Assembly (NCBI GenBank): GCA_030141605.1
Contig: JAQGDQ010000067.1
Span: 372,001 to 436,000 of the forward strand
DNA length: 64,000 nucleotides
Origin: Tubiluchus corallicola
Taxonomy: Eukaryota; Animalia; Priapulida
Direction: 5' to 3'
The translations under genes were made by a program, and so were the position numbers. The notes below the pieces were generated by a model, which saw nothing but the letters and a program-made list of their open reading frames with translations, made no database searches and was not told the DNA's origin. Shown one piece after another: positions 14,248 to 27,200 of the stretch (position 1 is the first letter of the stretch; each line of letters starts with the position of its first letter).

Positions 14248-17200
14248 CTACCATAAAGATATTATCTTAATGTTAGCTTCACTAAATTAGCCCAACCTAG
14301 TCTTCTACTGCTCAATCGTATTTGAATAATATTCGACTGCTTAATCTGTTAATCTCTGTCTTATTTTACCATACAACAGACTGCACTTTTGTAAAATAAG
14401 ATAATTATATACTTTGTATTTTTATAAAATAACTGGCTTTATTGTGTGAGTTAACTCTCTGCATAGCTGTTGAAATCAATAAATATTACTACTACATAGT
14501 ACTATAATTATTACCTCTATTTCAATAGGCTTATTAACATCTTTGCGGTAAAATATAGCAGTAGCCATATCCCACGAAGGATTCAATGAATCGGATACTG
14601 TGGGAGTTTTAACTTTTTTCTTGCCACATTTAATGATGCAGTAAGGGTCAGCTCCTATAATAAAAGAATTAAAAATTTTAAGTATAGCTCTTATGTAACA
14701 TATCTACATTAGTGCTATTTATGTTTTTGTTGAGAGAAAGATAGCTAAATATTATAATTACATTAGAATAATGGTTTGGCAAAAGTTTTATAGAGACACA
14801 ATGAAAAACTGCACTTACCTTAAATCTAAGTTTTTAACACATTTACATGATACTTCTAGTATTAGGCATTACGTTCTAATTTTGATGCAGAATGATTTTG
14901 GTATTAAATGAAACACAGAATATAAATAATAAAAGTTCGATTACAATTTTCATTTATATTTTTAAAATATGTACTAGCCACAACTTTAAAACAAAAAGTG
15001 AAGCAAATGTATTAGTCCAAAATACTAGTGAAGATAATCAGTAATATTTCGTGATTTTTACAACTACAGGCAGCAAATGTTAAACTACAGCCATTAAACA
15101 ATAGGCATTTTCTACTGAAAACCAAAGTGAAGCATTTATTCCAACCTCCTTCATCTCTGTCTTGCTTCTCCAAATCTGATGCAGAACGACAAGTAACAAC
15201 AACTACAGAGCTTGGCATTGAGATACATGGCCATATGCTAGGCTGAGGAACTTCATGTATCAACTCTCTAAAAACACAGAATAGCATGCAAACAACCCAT
15301 GCTGCTAATAGTGGTGAATAATGAAAATGAAATCACAGAAGATGAAGCACATCAAATGTGTAGCTGAGACATGCCATGTTTATTTTGTTGTACCGAGTGA
15401 AGCACAAAAAATACGACACTGTTTCAACTTTCTTAATGCACCTTTTCAATAAACATTTTTAATGCAACAGTTTAGAGATCAGTACTAAAAACTGACACTT
15501 GCTTGAATGGTTTCATTGCCATTACTAAATTAGATGAACCATTACCTAAAACTACTTTTTTGTAATTAAACAATTGACAACAAATTACTTATTGCAATAC
15601 TAAATGCTCTTTATTAGAAAGCCTACAAAGCTACAGTAACGGTACTCTAGTTTTTTTGTTAAAACTTTCAAGAAAACTTTATATGCTACAGAAGACAAAT
15701 TGCATGAGCATTCGAAAATATCAAAGAAGTCTGTAAAATCCATGATTCAGTAGTAATTTGGAGAGGTCAGACCAAAACAAACCAGAACAATGCCTGTATG
15801 TGAAAAAAAAATCAGCATTCCAACTGAAGCTGCTGTATTTAAAATGGAGGTATCATAGTTTACAGTGTGTATACATGAGGTCAGATATGCTTCCTCTGCT
15901 GGCAGACACAGCAAACCCGACAATGGTAGACACAAAACATGAAAGCCATTTGCAGGAAAACTGACAGACATATTGATGTGAGTTTTGTCTGCTAAGTGCT
16001 AACATCCACTCTGCTGCACTTTTGTTTCACAATAAAATTAGGTCAAGCAGCGCAATAACTCTGACTGTTACAGTGGATTACTCAGACTCTACACTTATAT
16101 TCCAGATAAGCTGCATTGACCGTCACAGTGGATTCCTCAGACAATAAATATACATTCCAGATAAACCGCACTGACCATCACAGTGAATTCCTCAGACAAC
16201 GAATCTACATTCCAGATAGACCCCATTGGATGTGTACTGAACTGTGCAAAATATGGTAATTTGTAAGTTTTGATTTTATATTTTTTGAGAAAAAACTGTA
16301 AATTATAATAAAAAATTTCTTACTGCATTTTAGCCATTTGAATTAGTAAATGATATTGCAATTAGGGATGTTAAATGATACAAATTTGGCAATACGATAT
16401 TTTTTCCAAAAAAATATCTATGATAATTTGGATACAAATGGTACATTACATTTACACCTACACATTTACGCATTTAATGTACATGTATACTACTTATGCA
16501 TTTTAAGGTACAATCCTGTAGATTAAAGCTATGTAACGACTTTAAACTTGGACATGATTGATCCAGCTTGCCTTCAACACTACTCACCAGACACCAACTT
16601 ACGTCACCTTTTTTCAAATAATGCCGGCAGCGATTTTCATTTGGCATTTCTTTTACATTTTTAAGCAAAGCGTTCTATGCGCATATATTGTGTGGTGATT
16701 TCAATATTTTTAATTATACATTAAAATGCAATAATTGTTGTTCGAAGATTGGTTCTTCCTTTAAGTACTTCAGTGTGTTCAGTGCTGTATACTTAAATGG
16801 CTGCTAGCTAAGAAACATAATTTTGTTTGTCATAATGATTCATAAATAAGTAAGTTGCAACAGGTAAATATATGACTGTGACAAAACTATTTGTCTGTGC
16901 GTGCTACTGACAAATTGTCACTAAAAATACTGTCAGTAAATCCCTAATTGCAATTCAAGAATTCATGTTTTCATGGTTCACAATTTTTTCAACTAAAACT
17001 CTTGTTGTTTAAATACACCTAAACTATTTTGTAGATTAGCTCACATTATCAGATATAAAAGAAATACTACTGAATCTAAAAATTTGATTTTACCAAACAA
17101 GAAAATGATTTTTCTCTCAAGTCTGAACTGGCCGAATTTCAAATACTTATATAAAAAACAACTTTTCGTGTTGTGTACTGGACTGTACCAAGAGCAACTT

Positions 17201-18208
17201 TACCAATTTAAATTGTGTTCGATTTTTTGCGCTACCCGGCAGCTCTAACTTCTATGTATATTTTTAAAACACATATTTAAAAAACAAATTTGTATTACAA
17301 AAAGCCATGCTACATTCCTGATGATTACAAAAATGTACAGGTACAATGATAGCAAAAAATGAAACCAGAATACATGCAAGCTAGATTTGCACTTCACATG
17401 CATTATATAACCATGCTAAAGCATCAGTAGCCACATTCAAAAATGTAATCAGATAAAGGCATTTAAAATTTCAAACATGCACTGCTCTACCTCCTGACCA
17501 ATCTTGTTTCTCCAGAGCTCGACAGTGCTCTACACAAACCACAGATACACAGCGTGCAGTGCCGCTACAGCATGGTATTCTACTAGGAGGTGGTACATCT
17601 CTTATTAACTCCCTACATGGTTAATGAAATAAAGTTAAAAAATGTACTGAACTGCAAGTCCAGCAGCAAGGCATGTAAAAACTGTATGATATTTCTTTTC
17701 TTCCACATACTACAGCCTTTAATATGTCTTTACTACCCAATCAACCAACAACTTAATAATGGTAATAAGATCATAAACTGTTTAAGTAACATACTGCTTA
17801 CTGACAAGGATACCTAAAAAAACATTTAAATAGACTACAGTGCTGTCACTGAGCACCAATATAACTGACCAACAAAAAACCCCATAGTGTGGATACATAA
17901 TACAAACATTGTGTTTGTCTTACTACAGTGTCCATGCTACAGTGCATTCAGAACCTGTGACTCTTGAGTTTGAACTTGCAAAGTCAAACAGCGTGAAATA
18001 TGACATTATCAACACTAACAATATCGTACATCTCACACCATTTTGAAAACACACAGCAGTTTTAAAGTCAAATAGTCATTCATATACCCAACAAAGCCAA
18101 AACTGAATCAAAGGAGAAGAACCGTACTCAGCTTACCTGTCAAATTTCAGCCGTATATTTTAACAATCGAGCTACAGATTGTCCACGTATGCACGCATGA
18201 CACACACA

Positions 18209-18267
<59 letters not shown>

Positions 18268-21200
18268 ACACATCCTCTCACCCACTCACAGATCAGACCG
18301 ATTGCTCTAATTCTTCTTACTTGTCTCTTTGCAGACCTGAAGGTGAGGGAGGGTCAAATACATGAACCTGTACTTTGAAGGGAAGCATCAACTAGACAAA
18401 ACGTGAAAATACAAGCAGGCGATTGCAAAACGTAATATCAGTGATCTTATAAACCCAAAGTTAATTAAATTTTGATAACAAATTTGAAAGACAGAAAATG
18501 AGAAAAAAATAAGATGCAACAGGAATTTGAACCAGAGACCATTGCAAATGTTTTAGACCATTAGGCCTATAAGACCACTAGGTCATTGATCATTGGGAAT
18601 AAGGGATTGCTTGGATGCAATACTTGCTGTAAGCTGTTTTATTCCACTAAATATTGATTATTAGGGCTGTTTGCCTCATTGAGGGAAACAATTGAACATA
18701 GCAAACATACTTGATGCCTTTGATCAGTAGCTGATCTAAGAGGGCCAGTCTTGATAATGCACTAGGTTTGGGTCCTGCCACTAACATGTTTAGTAGGTCT
18801 GCCATTGAATGCTGGATTCCGGCTTGTAGTGTGATGAATCTCATAAAAAGATAAATAATGCACACACTGAGCAGATAGTGTTTGTGGCCTTGTTGGGGGA
18901 AATTACCTTACACAACGTTATGAATTTATAATACAGGAAGGAAACATGATATTCCAGTAAAAAGTTTTCAACTAGGCAACATCATTTTCAAAATCCAGTT
19001 ATAGCACACTTAATAATGTGGATTCACTGAATGAGAAAATTGGACTTACTTGCAATCGCTAGCCTGACTCGTAAACAATCTGAGCATAAATTCCCCATCT
19101 TCATTTGGTTCAAAAGTCGTGGGAACTAAGATGTATGTGCCTTTCTTCAATGTTAAACGACTGAACACAGATCTAGTACGAGCATAAACTGAATCACCAG
19201 CTTTTTCGTGAATGTTGTGTAACCTGTATTTTCGATTAAGTTCAGCCTACACATAAACAAAAGTTTCTTTCAGTTTAAAAGTTACAATGAATATTGTATC
19301 AAATTAAGAAACAAAGAGAAACTTGATGGATTAAAGATCATTTAGTACTTAATATCAAACAAAACAAATAACCAATCAAGAAGTATTTACAAATTACTAG
19401 GCTTGAAGTTTGTGCGATCTCTAAGTGGTTGAAAATTTCAGTAAGACAAAATGTCTGTGCAACAGTTTCATGCTTGTTTTTGCACCCAAAAGACTGATTC
19501 AGTCATCCATTCAAATTCATAGGATCACATTTCACTCTAATGTGTCTACCATCATTACTTATATTTTGTCCACTTTTTTCCCTTCCGTTTCTTTCTTATT
19601 TCCAAGTATTTCTACTTTTGCTTGCTCTTAGTGCTGAAAACGTTTTTGAAAGTTAAGAAATCAACTGAAACTTAGGTTCCAACTGCTAGGTCATTATCTT
19701 AATAAAATGGCAGATAAACTTTAATTAAATAAAATGGCTGATAAACTTTAATTAAAAGTATTAGTAGAACATCTTATACTCATTGAATATTAAGCCTCAG
19801 AACAGACATGAAAGTCGTATTACAGTTGAAAAACATGCGTATCACAAGAGAAAAGCACAAGAACATGCCTGATATTATTAATGTAATTTGGTGAATTAAA
19901 ACTTCAATAGAAACAGATTTATGCTAAAAATGCATTATCATTACGATATAAGTGCAGATAATGACCTTCATAATAAAGAATCCAATTGCAAGATTTTTTC
20001 CACCTCCAATAGCTCTACTCTCTCGTGTGTCTCTTTGTGTCAATGAAATCAAAATTTCATCTTCTGGGCTCTCATGGATCTCAAACTTAAACTAATGAAA
20101 AAGTAACAAATAGTAGTAGTAAAAGTAAACTGCAACTACAGTACAATAGTAATAGTAGTCTGTTCCGTTGTAACTAAATATATTACGAAATGTCTTTTTT
20201 GCCAGTTATTTTAATAAGAAATAAAGTAAGAAGTTGTCATGGTATTATAAATAGTTGACTAACTTGCGGGTTTTGCAAAAAAGTGTTTTTGTGGTTGATA
20301 CAACCACCACGCCTGTTTCCACTCCACTGTCCAAATCTCATTGCTTCATGCCACTTCTTTTGCAATGACAGGTAGCGTGTGTTGATCAGTCGACAAATTG
20401 AAACGTCTGTGAAGTTCTGGCAGAAATCTTCCATTGTCATCCTGCAATAAAAACCAATAAAAGTAAGTTTCTCTGCTACAGATGTGCCTACTTGTAGTTT
20501 TTTATTCCTCCAAAAATTTGCAGGTAGAACTATGGTGTTCTTGCTGGAAACAAAAATATATTTTAGCTCTTTTGAGCCAAAAATAGTAGCTATTACCTAC
20601 CATTATTCAATATTACAGTTTATTATATTGCTTACACCCATTTAAATGAAAGTTAACATTGAATTTACTTTTTCTTAAAAAAATACTTTTTAAAAATATG
20701 TATTTACTCGAGCAAATTCTGGCTTTGAATTTACTTGGATCTTAAAGTCAGTCCAGAATTGGAATGATTATTAAAAAATCTTACAGTAAAAAAATGAAAA
20801 GTAGTGGCATTTCAATACACGACTGTGTACTATCTTCAGATGAAAGAAAAGAGAGAACAAAGGTCATTAAATACTAATTATTTTATTTCACAAAAGGCGG
20901 TCACTAACTAACTAATTTTGTGAATGTATTACAAATTATAAAATTCCCAAAAAATATTAATTATTTGGTGATTTATTGGTCTTTTTCTTTCTTCATGAAG
21001 AGTAGAAGTACACACTGCACAGTGCTTCACGTGTTTTTTTCCTCATTGTAAGATTTTTTATTAACAACTAACTGGTGCTGTAAAATTTATATAATAGTTC
21101 AAAGTTTGTTTTAACATATTTCGAGAAGTTAAGATGCTGACATGTATTTTAGATTTTTAGTTTCACATTTCTTTTTTCATGCAACTTAGATGGCTAAAAA

Positions 21201-24200
21201 ATGACATACAGTTGAGCTTACCAGAACTCTCCATCATCCGCTTTAGTTAACCCCAGAGATTCTCTTTGTGCATTACTGATGTTCTGCCATTCAGGATCGC
21301 TAAAGAATTAAGAAATGAAAAGAATTAATATTTAAATTTAATATTAAAAGGGCATGAAGAGTCACAAATATTTATTCATTTAATATAAAAAGGTTGTCTA
21401 ATGTTCTCCATTTTCTAGAAAGACCAAATTACATGCTATAAGCTTAATTATATTATATTATATTAATTGCTGATACTACACTGCATTACACATAGATGTT
21501 TAATTTCTGCTCAGTCCTATGTACTATTGCTTGCTTTGGCTTGTGCTTCAATAAAAAATAAAAGAAGTACCTTACACAAGTGGCTAAGAACAGAAAAAGT
21601 ATGACGTCAGCAAAATAACATGCTCAGAAGTATCCAATTCCTGACATTATACTCTATCTTAACAAATCAACTATTCAACCTTACATGAAAATATCTGTAC
21701 ATGCGAGCTGGTGTTTCAGCTTAATATCTTAACCTAGTTGACAGATGATAACATTATCAAACAAATGAACAATCGAATGTGCTCAACTTCGTAAAAGCAT
21801 TTCAATCGGTTTTGAATTCTGATTTAGGGTCAAGCATGCACCTACTTACAGACTTCTCAAAAGCCAGTTGTTTTGTTAAACACTACTTTCAAAGAAAATG
21901 CTCTTATTGTGTTGTTTTACTGTTCCAAATCAGTTTGCATCTAGTTATCATTTTACTGCCTGCACATGCCTAATTTGCTCTCATAGTTTTGCCTTGGACA
22001 TTCCTAAATATAGCAGCATTGCTTATAAGCTCACATTCTTCATATCTTCATGTTTCTAGGTTTTTCCTCATGCTTCCTAACTGTCGAATTTTTTAACTGA
22101 AAATTTGTTCCCTTGTTGACTACAACCTCTCACACATGAAGACGAATACCAAAAGCATCTTCTACTATTAGCAAATTACTTCTAGGAATTTTCTTATTCT
22201 ACGTTGTGACAAAATAGAAACTGGATTCATTAACAAGCCTATGCCTCTAAAATAACACACTGAACTGAGAGCGATTTCTTAGCTGAGTTCGGATGCAAAT
22301 ATGTCTTCCCTCAAAACCTGCTCCCTCAAACAGCTAGAATCAGCATGGCAATGAAACTTTCCAAAGTGAGCATCGAACCCCCATCTGTTCACTACCAGTC
22401 TTGGCATTGCCTAACTTTGGCCCTTGATGTTAACCCAAAGTACCAAGTTAGTGAAGTACAGTGACTTACATGTAATAAAGCTGATAATTATTGATAAATA
22501 TACAAGGCATTTAAAAAAATTGAACTTACTCATCACTGAAAGCTCCATTCCACTCCTTTTCACCCCAAGGGTTGCGCATGCGAACCATGTAAAGCTTTTC
22601 TTTTGCAGTGTAGCGAAACAAAAATCCTTTGTCTCCGAGGTAAATCTTTTTCACAGCTGTTATGCCGTATGCATGACCTCTTACTAAACCTGAGCTGGTC
22701 CGAGATTCCATCTGCTGAGCAGATTGAACCTTTAAACAATAAAAGTAAATTGAAGTGTTTCACATCACAGCATTTAACGATGTGATACAAACAAAACTTA
22801 AAAGAAATCTTATAAGAAACTTGATCAATGAATTGAGGCTATAAAAACTAAAGCATAAATCCAAAAAAGCCACTTATTCTAGTAAATGATAGTGAAAACA
22901 AATTAATGATACCAACTTAATGGCGTAGCACTTAAGAAAGACAACAATAGTAACATATATCATTGGCTACATACAGCAATGGCACATGACATGAGAGAGG
23001 TACGTTCCCATTCTTTCTGCATTGTCTTATATAAATGATAACGTTTTTCTTCATCATTTGCAAAACCACCTTCTAATAAATTGATGGTTTCTGATACGCC
23101 ACCAGTGAAATCCTCCAGTGCGTCTGACAAATTGCCACCATCTAATGCTTCGTAGCAACCACTCAACCTGAACAGAAATCAATTATCGTAATTAAGCAGC
23201 TTAAGTACAGTCATGTTCTTTGAATTTAGAACAGACGATTGCTATAGAAATGATTTGGAAAGTATCAAAATTCATTTTTACCATATCACAATTGATAAAT
23301 AACTTATAACAGTATCAATAAGAATAATAAAAAGATGAAAAAATCCCACCATAAATTGTTACGATTTACATTTCAATACTGGACATACCGTGACATTAAG
23401 TTAGAGCCATTTCATAATAAAAAGCAAGTAACGCCTTATAATTCTTTACATCATTCCTCTCAGAAATAAAACCTACTGCTCTCTACTGGGTATTACACTT
23501 GTGTGCAAAAAGGCATCCAGTTACTTATGTCATGAATTATATTGTCATCTAGCACTTTTTAATGAACAACAATTAACATAATTCTACATAAAATTAAAAT
23601 TGCGTGCTTTTTTGTTTCAGTGATTTAATTGTAACTTCTTGTAAATGAATTAAGTTTAATTTAATCTAGTTTATTTATAAAATGCCATAAATACAACAAT
23701 GTTATATATTTTACAAAGAAGCTGTTACTACAACAAATGAACAAAATTTAATTTCACCATAAATTGATATATCTGCTGAGGCCAAGAAGGTAGACTTGTA
23801 CAGGACTGAGCAGACGGCTAAATGGAAAGATAAAAAATAAAACGTGCAGGATAAAAAAGCAAAAAATGAAATACAACGGTGGTACTAAGGGTAAAGAAAT
23901 GACAATGAAAAGTGAATGAGATGACGGTGAAAATGAAGATTAGATTCAGATGAGAATGTAAAGGGAAATAGATCAATCAGCAAAAATCAGTAGGAGTCAT
24001 GCCAGGAACTTAATACTTCTATACTTCTTGGTTATTCTTCTTCTTCATTCTTGTATGACATGTGACTAATAAGAGATTACTATACATTATACAGAAAAGA
24101 GTTTGTTAGCACCAGAACTCATTTAACTTTATCAACTAATATGACAGTTTGAGATTATATATCTAGCCTATTAATTAATACAAGACGTTTTAGACTTCTT

Positions 24201-27200
24201 TTATAATTAAGAATAGTATGTTCACATTTAACATAATCAGGTAAATTTCGAACTTCATGTCTGAGGATCATAAAATTTGGTGAACTGCTTAGCAACATTG
24301 GTGCAAACATGCGTGACAATGTATTGATTATAACATGTATTATAGTTTACTTTTAATTTGACAAGAGTAATGAAGAAATTGGGAAAGAATTTATTATTAG
24401 TTTTTATACACGAAGATTGTGGAGTTGTAAAAAATAAATTAGCAATAGTAAAGAAGTTTACATTGTTTGAAATGTGTATCATCTATATGAGAATATTTAG
24501 TTAGTCCAAAAAATAAAAGAGGAAATTTTCTCTGGAGTGATCATAAAGGATTTAGATTTGTTGTATAAGTAATTCTCCAAAGACAACTGACATGATTTAA
24601 TTACGGACAGACTAAAGCATAGTAGAGGGGTAAGTAAATGTGAAGAAGATCTTTTTTATAGGAGATATGATTCCAATATTTTTACCAATTTTAAGGCTAA
24701 TCATTTTTATGTGGGCATTCCAGTCGAGATGCTCATGTAAAATTATACCTCAAAATTTAGTGGATGTAACTCTTTCGATGTGAAGCCCAATGTAAAGATT
24801 AAAATTAGGGGGAGTTTTTTGTTTCCAGATCGGAATAATATATATTTGCTTTTACTAGGATTTAATTGCAATTTGTTGGCTTTAAACCAGTTCGATATAT
24901 TAATTAAACTATCATTTATGTTGTTCATACTAAAGTTATTAAAGTCAAAGAAAAGTGTGGTATCATCAGCAAATTGGACAATATTGGGACAGCTAAAAAG
25001 ATTTTGTATATCATTAATGTAGATCAAAATAAAAGCGGCCCCAAGATCGACCCTTGGGGAACACCACAATTTATAAATAGTTCATTTGATGTGAAGTCGT
25101 TGCACCTGACACATTGGGTGCGATTATTTAAGTAGCTGTTTAACCACGAATATGTGATCCCCCTAAAGCCATAAAAGGACAATTTATGAAGTAAAGAAGC
25201 CGGCTGCAATGGAAATATGTTCATATACAGTTGGATATACAGTTTTGCACACAGTTATCAGAGGTAAGTCAACTGAGCAGTTTTTCCTAAAACCAAATTG
25301 TTTCTCATTCAGTATACTCCGATTAGTTAAATAGCTATACATTTCATTATAAACCGAACGTTCAAAAATTTTGGAAAAAAATGGGAGTAGAGAAATTGGT
25401 CTATGAATTGTTTATTGGATTACCATATTTCAATAAAAGTATGACAACAGCTTTCTTAAGATCGTCTAGCACAACACCAGCAGATGAGAGTCATTTACCA
25501 GATGACTGAGAAGAACTGAAAAAGACTAAATGACATCAGAGACAATTTCTGAGGAAAGGTTGAAGATATCAGTACTTTTACTACAATTGAGGGATCTACC
25601 TATTTTACAAATGTGTTTGGATGTAAAAGGACTGATTGTAATTTCCATGTAAAAATTGATTATAACTAATAAAATCAGAATTAATTTGATTTGAAAGATC
25701 AGATCCTATTTTAGTAAAATAACTATTAAAATTAATGGTCACAGAATCGACATTTGAAATGAGTTTGTTGTTTATATTTAACTTAATACGATTTTCCTAT
25801 ATTCATATTTCCTTCATTGTGTCCCGTGTCTTTTAATATTACTTTTATATTTGACTAGCATGGATTTACAAAAATTAGATTTAGCAGTTTTAATTAAATT
25901 GTTTAATGTGTTTTGCACCTTTTATAATTGACAATATTATCGGGATTGGAGTCACGTAAACATGATTTGTACAAATTATTTTTATCTGTAATGAAGTGAA
26001 GTAAAGCATTAGTTAGCCAAGGTTTTCTTATTCTTAGAGTAAGTCTTAGAGAACTTAGGAAAAGAATAAAAGCAAGATTAGGATAATTAGTATTATAAAT
26101 ATCAACCCACGATTCCTGCGATAAATCAGCAGTTAAGGACTGTTTTCGCATTATATGAAGTATTACAGGAAGTTGGATATCTTAAATTGGTAAAAGTAAA
26201 ATTAGGTAAGTGGTCAGGAATATCCAAAAGCAAATTACCAGAATAGTAGTCATAGCCGAGCAAAATGACAAAAATGTTGTCTATTAAAGTAGAATATTCA
26301 GTTATTCTAGTAGCTTCAGTAATAGTTGGAAATAGGCAATTAGAAAGCATAAAGTCAAGGAAATATTTAGTATTATTACGAAGATTGGTTAAAAGATGAT
26401 ATTAAAATAAAATGCGTTTAGATTGAGATTTGATTTTGTTTATTAAATTCGACAATTTATTAACGCATTGTAGTATAGCATTTCAGGGAGGACAATATAT
26501 AGTATCTATGACAAGACTTTTCACAGAGTCATTATGAATTTCAATGAAAATAGTTTCAAGATCATCATTGCAACTTTGTAGATTATTACGAAGAGTGAAT
26601 GACATATCATCTATAATAAGCATAGCAACGCCTCCACCCCCACGATTCTGCCTATTACCACAAACAAAAGTGTATCCAGATAGTGAGAATACTGAACATA
26701 ATTCATCATTTAACCAGGTCTCAGTTAAAGCGATAACTGAAAATTTTGCTTGAAGTATGTACATATAAAGAATCAGTTTTAGCACACAAACTTCGAATAT
26801 TTAGATGCATCATAGAAAAAAGATTTTTGAATGTAAGGTTTGACATAAAAGAATTAAACTGCATATCACCATAATGTTTACTACCGGAAGAAAAATTAAA
26901 TTGGTTAAAAAAATTTCCGTCGAGTCAATACGACTGTTTTTATCAGAACTGGTGTCAAAATTTTCATCGAAAAGTTGCAGCGTAAATTTAAGGTTAGCAA
27001 TAATTAGTCCAACGTTAGATAACCTGGTCAGAATGCAAAATTCGTTGTCATCTTTAATGTGATTAAACGGAAAACAGTCCTGAATACAAATTTCACAATA
27101 CCAAGAATCATTATTAGATGCTATTATGTGGTAATCAGCTATAGTAAGGTCTGTACACCTGAGATTGATCCAAGTTAGAAAGCCTGAAACATTTTGTTCC

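Noticed and set aside
16061-16225. Spaced repeats resembling a CRISPR array
   Set aside because: Units are contiguous homologous tandem copies without unique spacers; eukaryotic intron, no cas genes.
18515-18590. Functional tRNA gene
   Set aside because: A/B-box-like motifs only; the stems do not form a cloverleaf.
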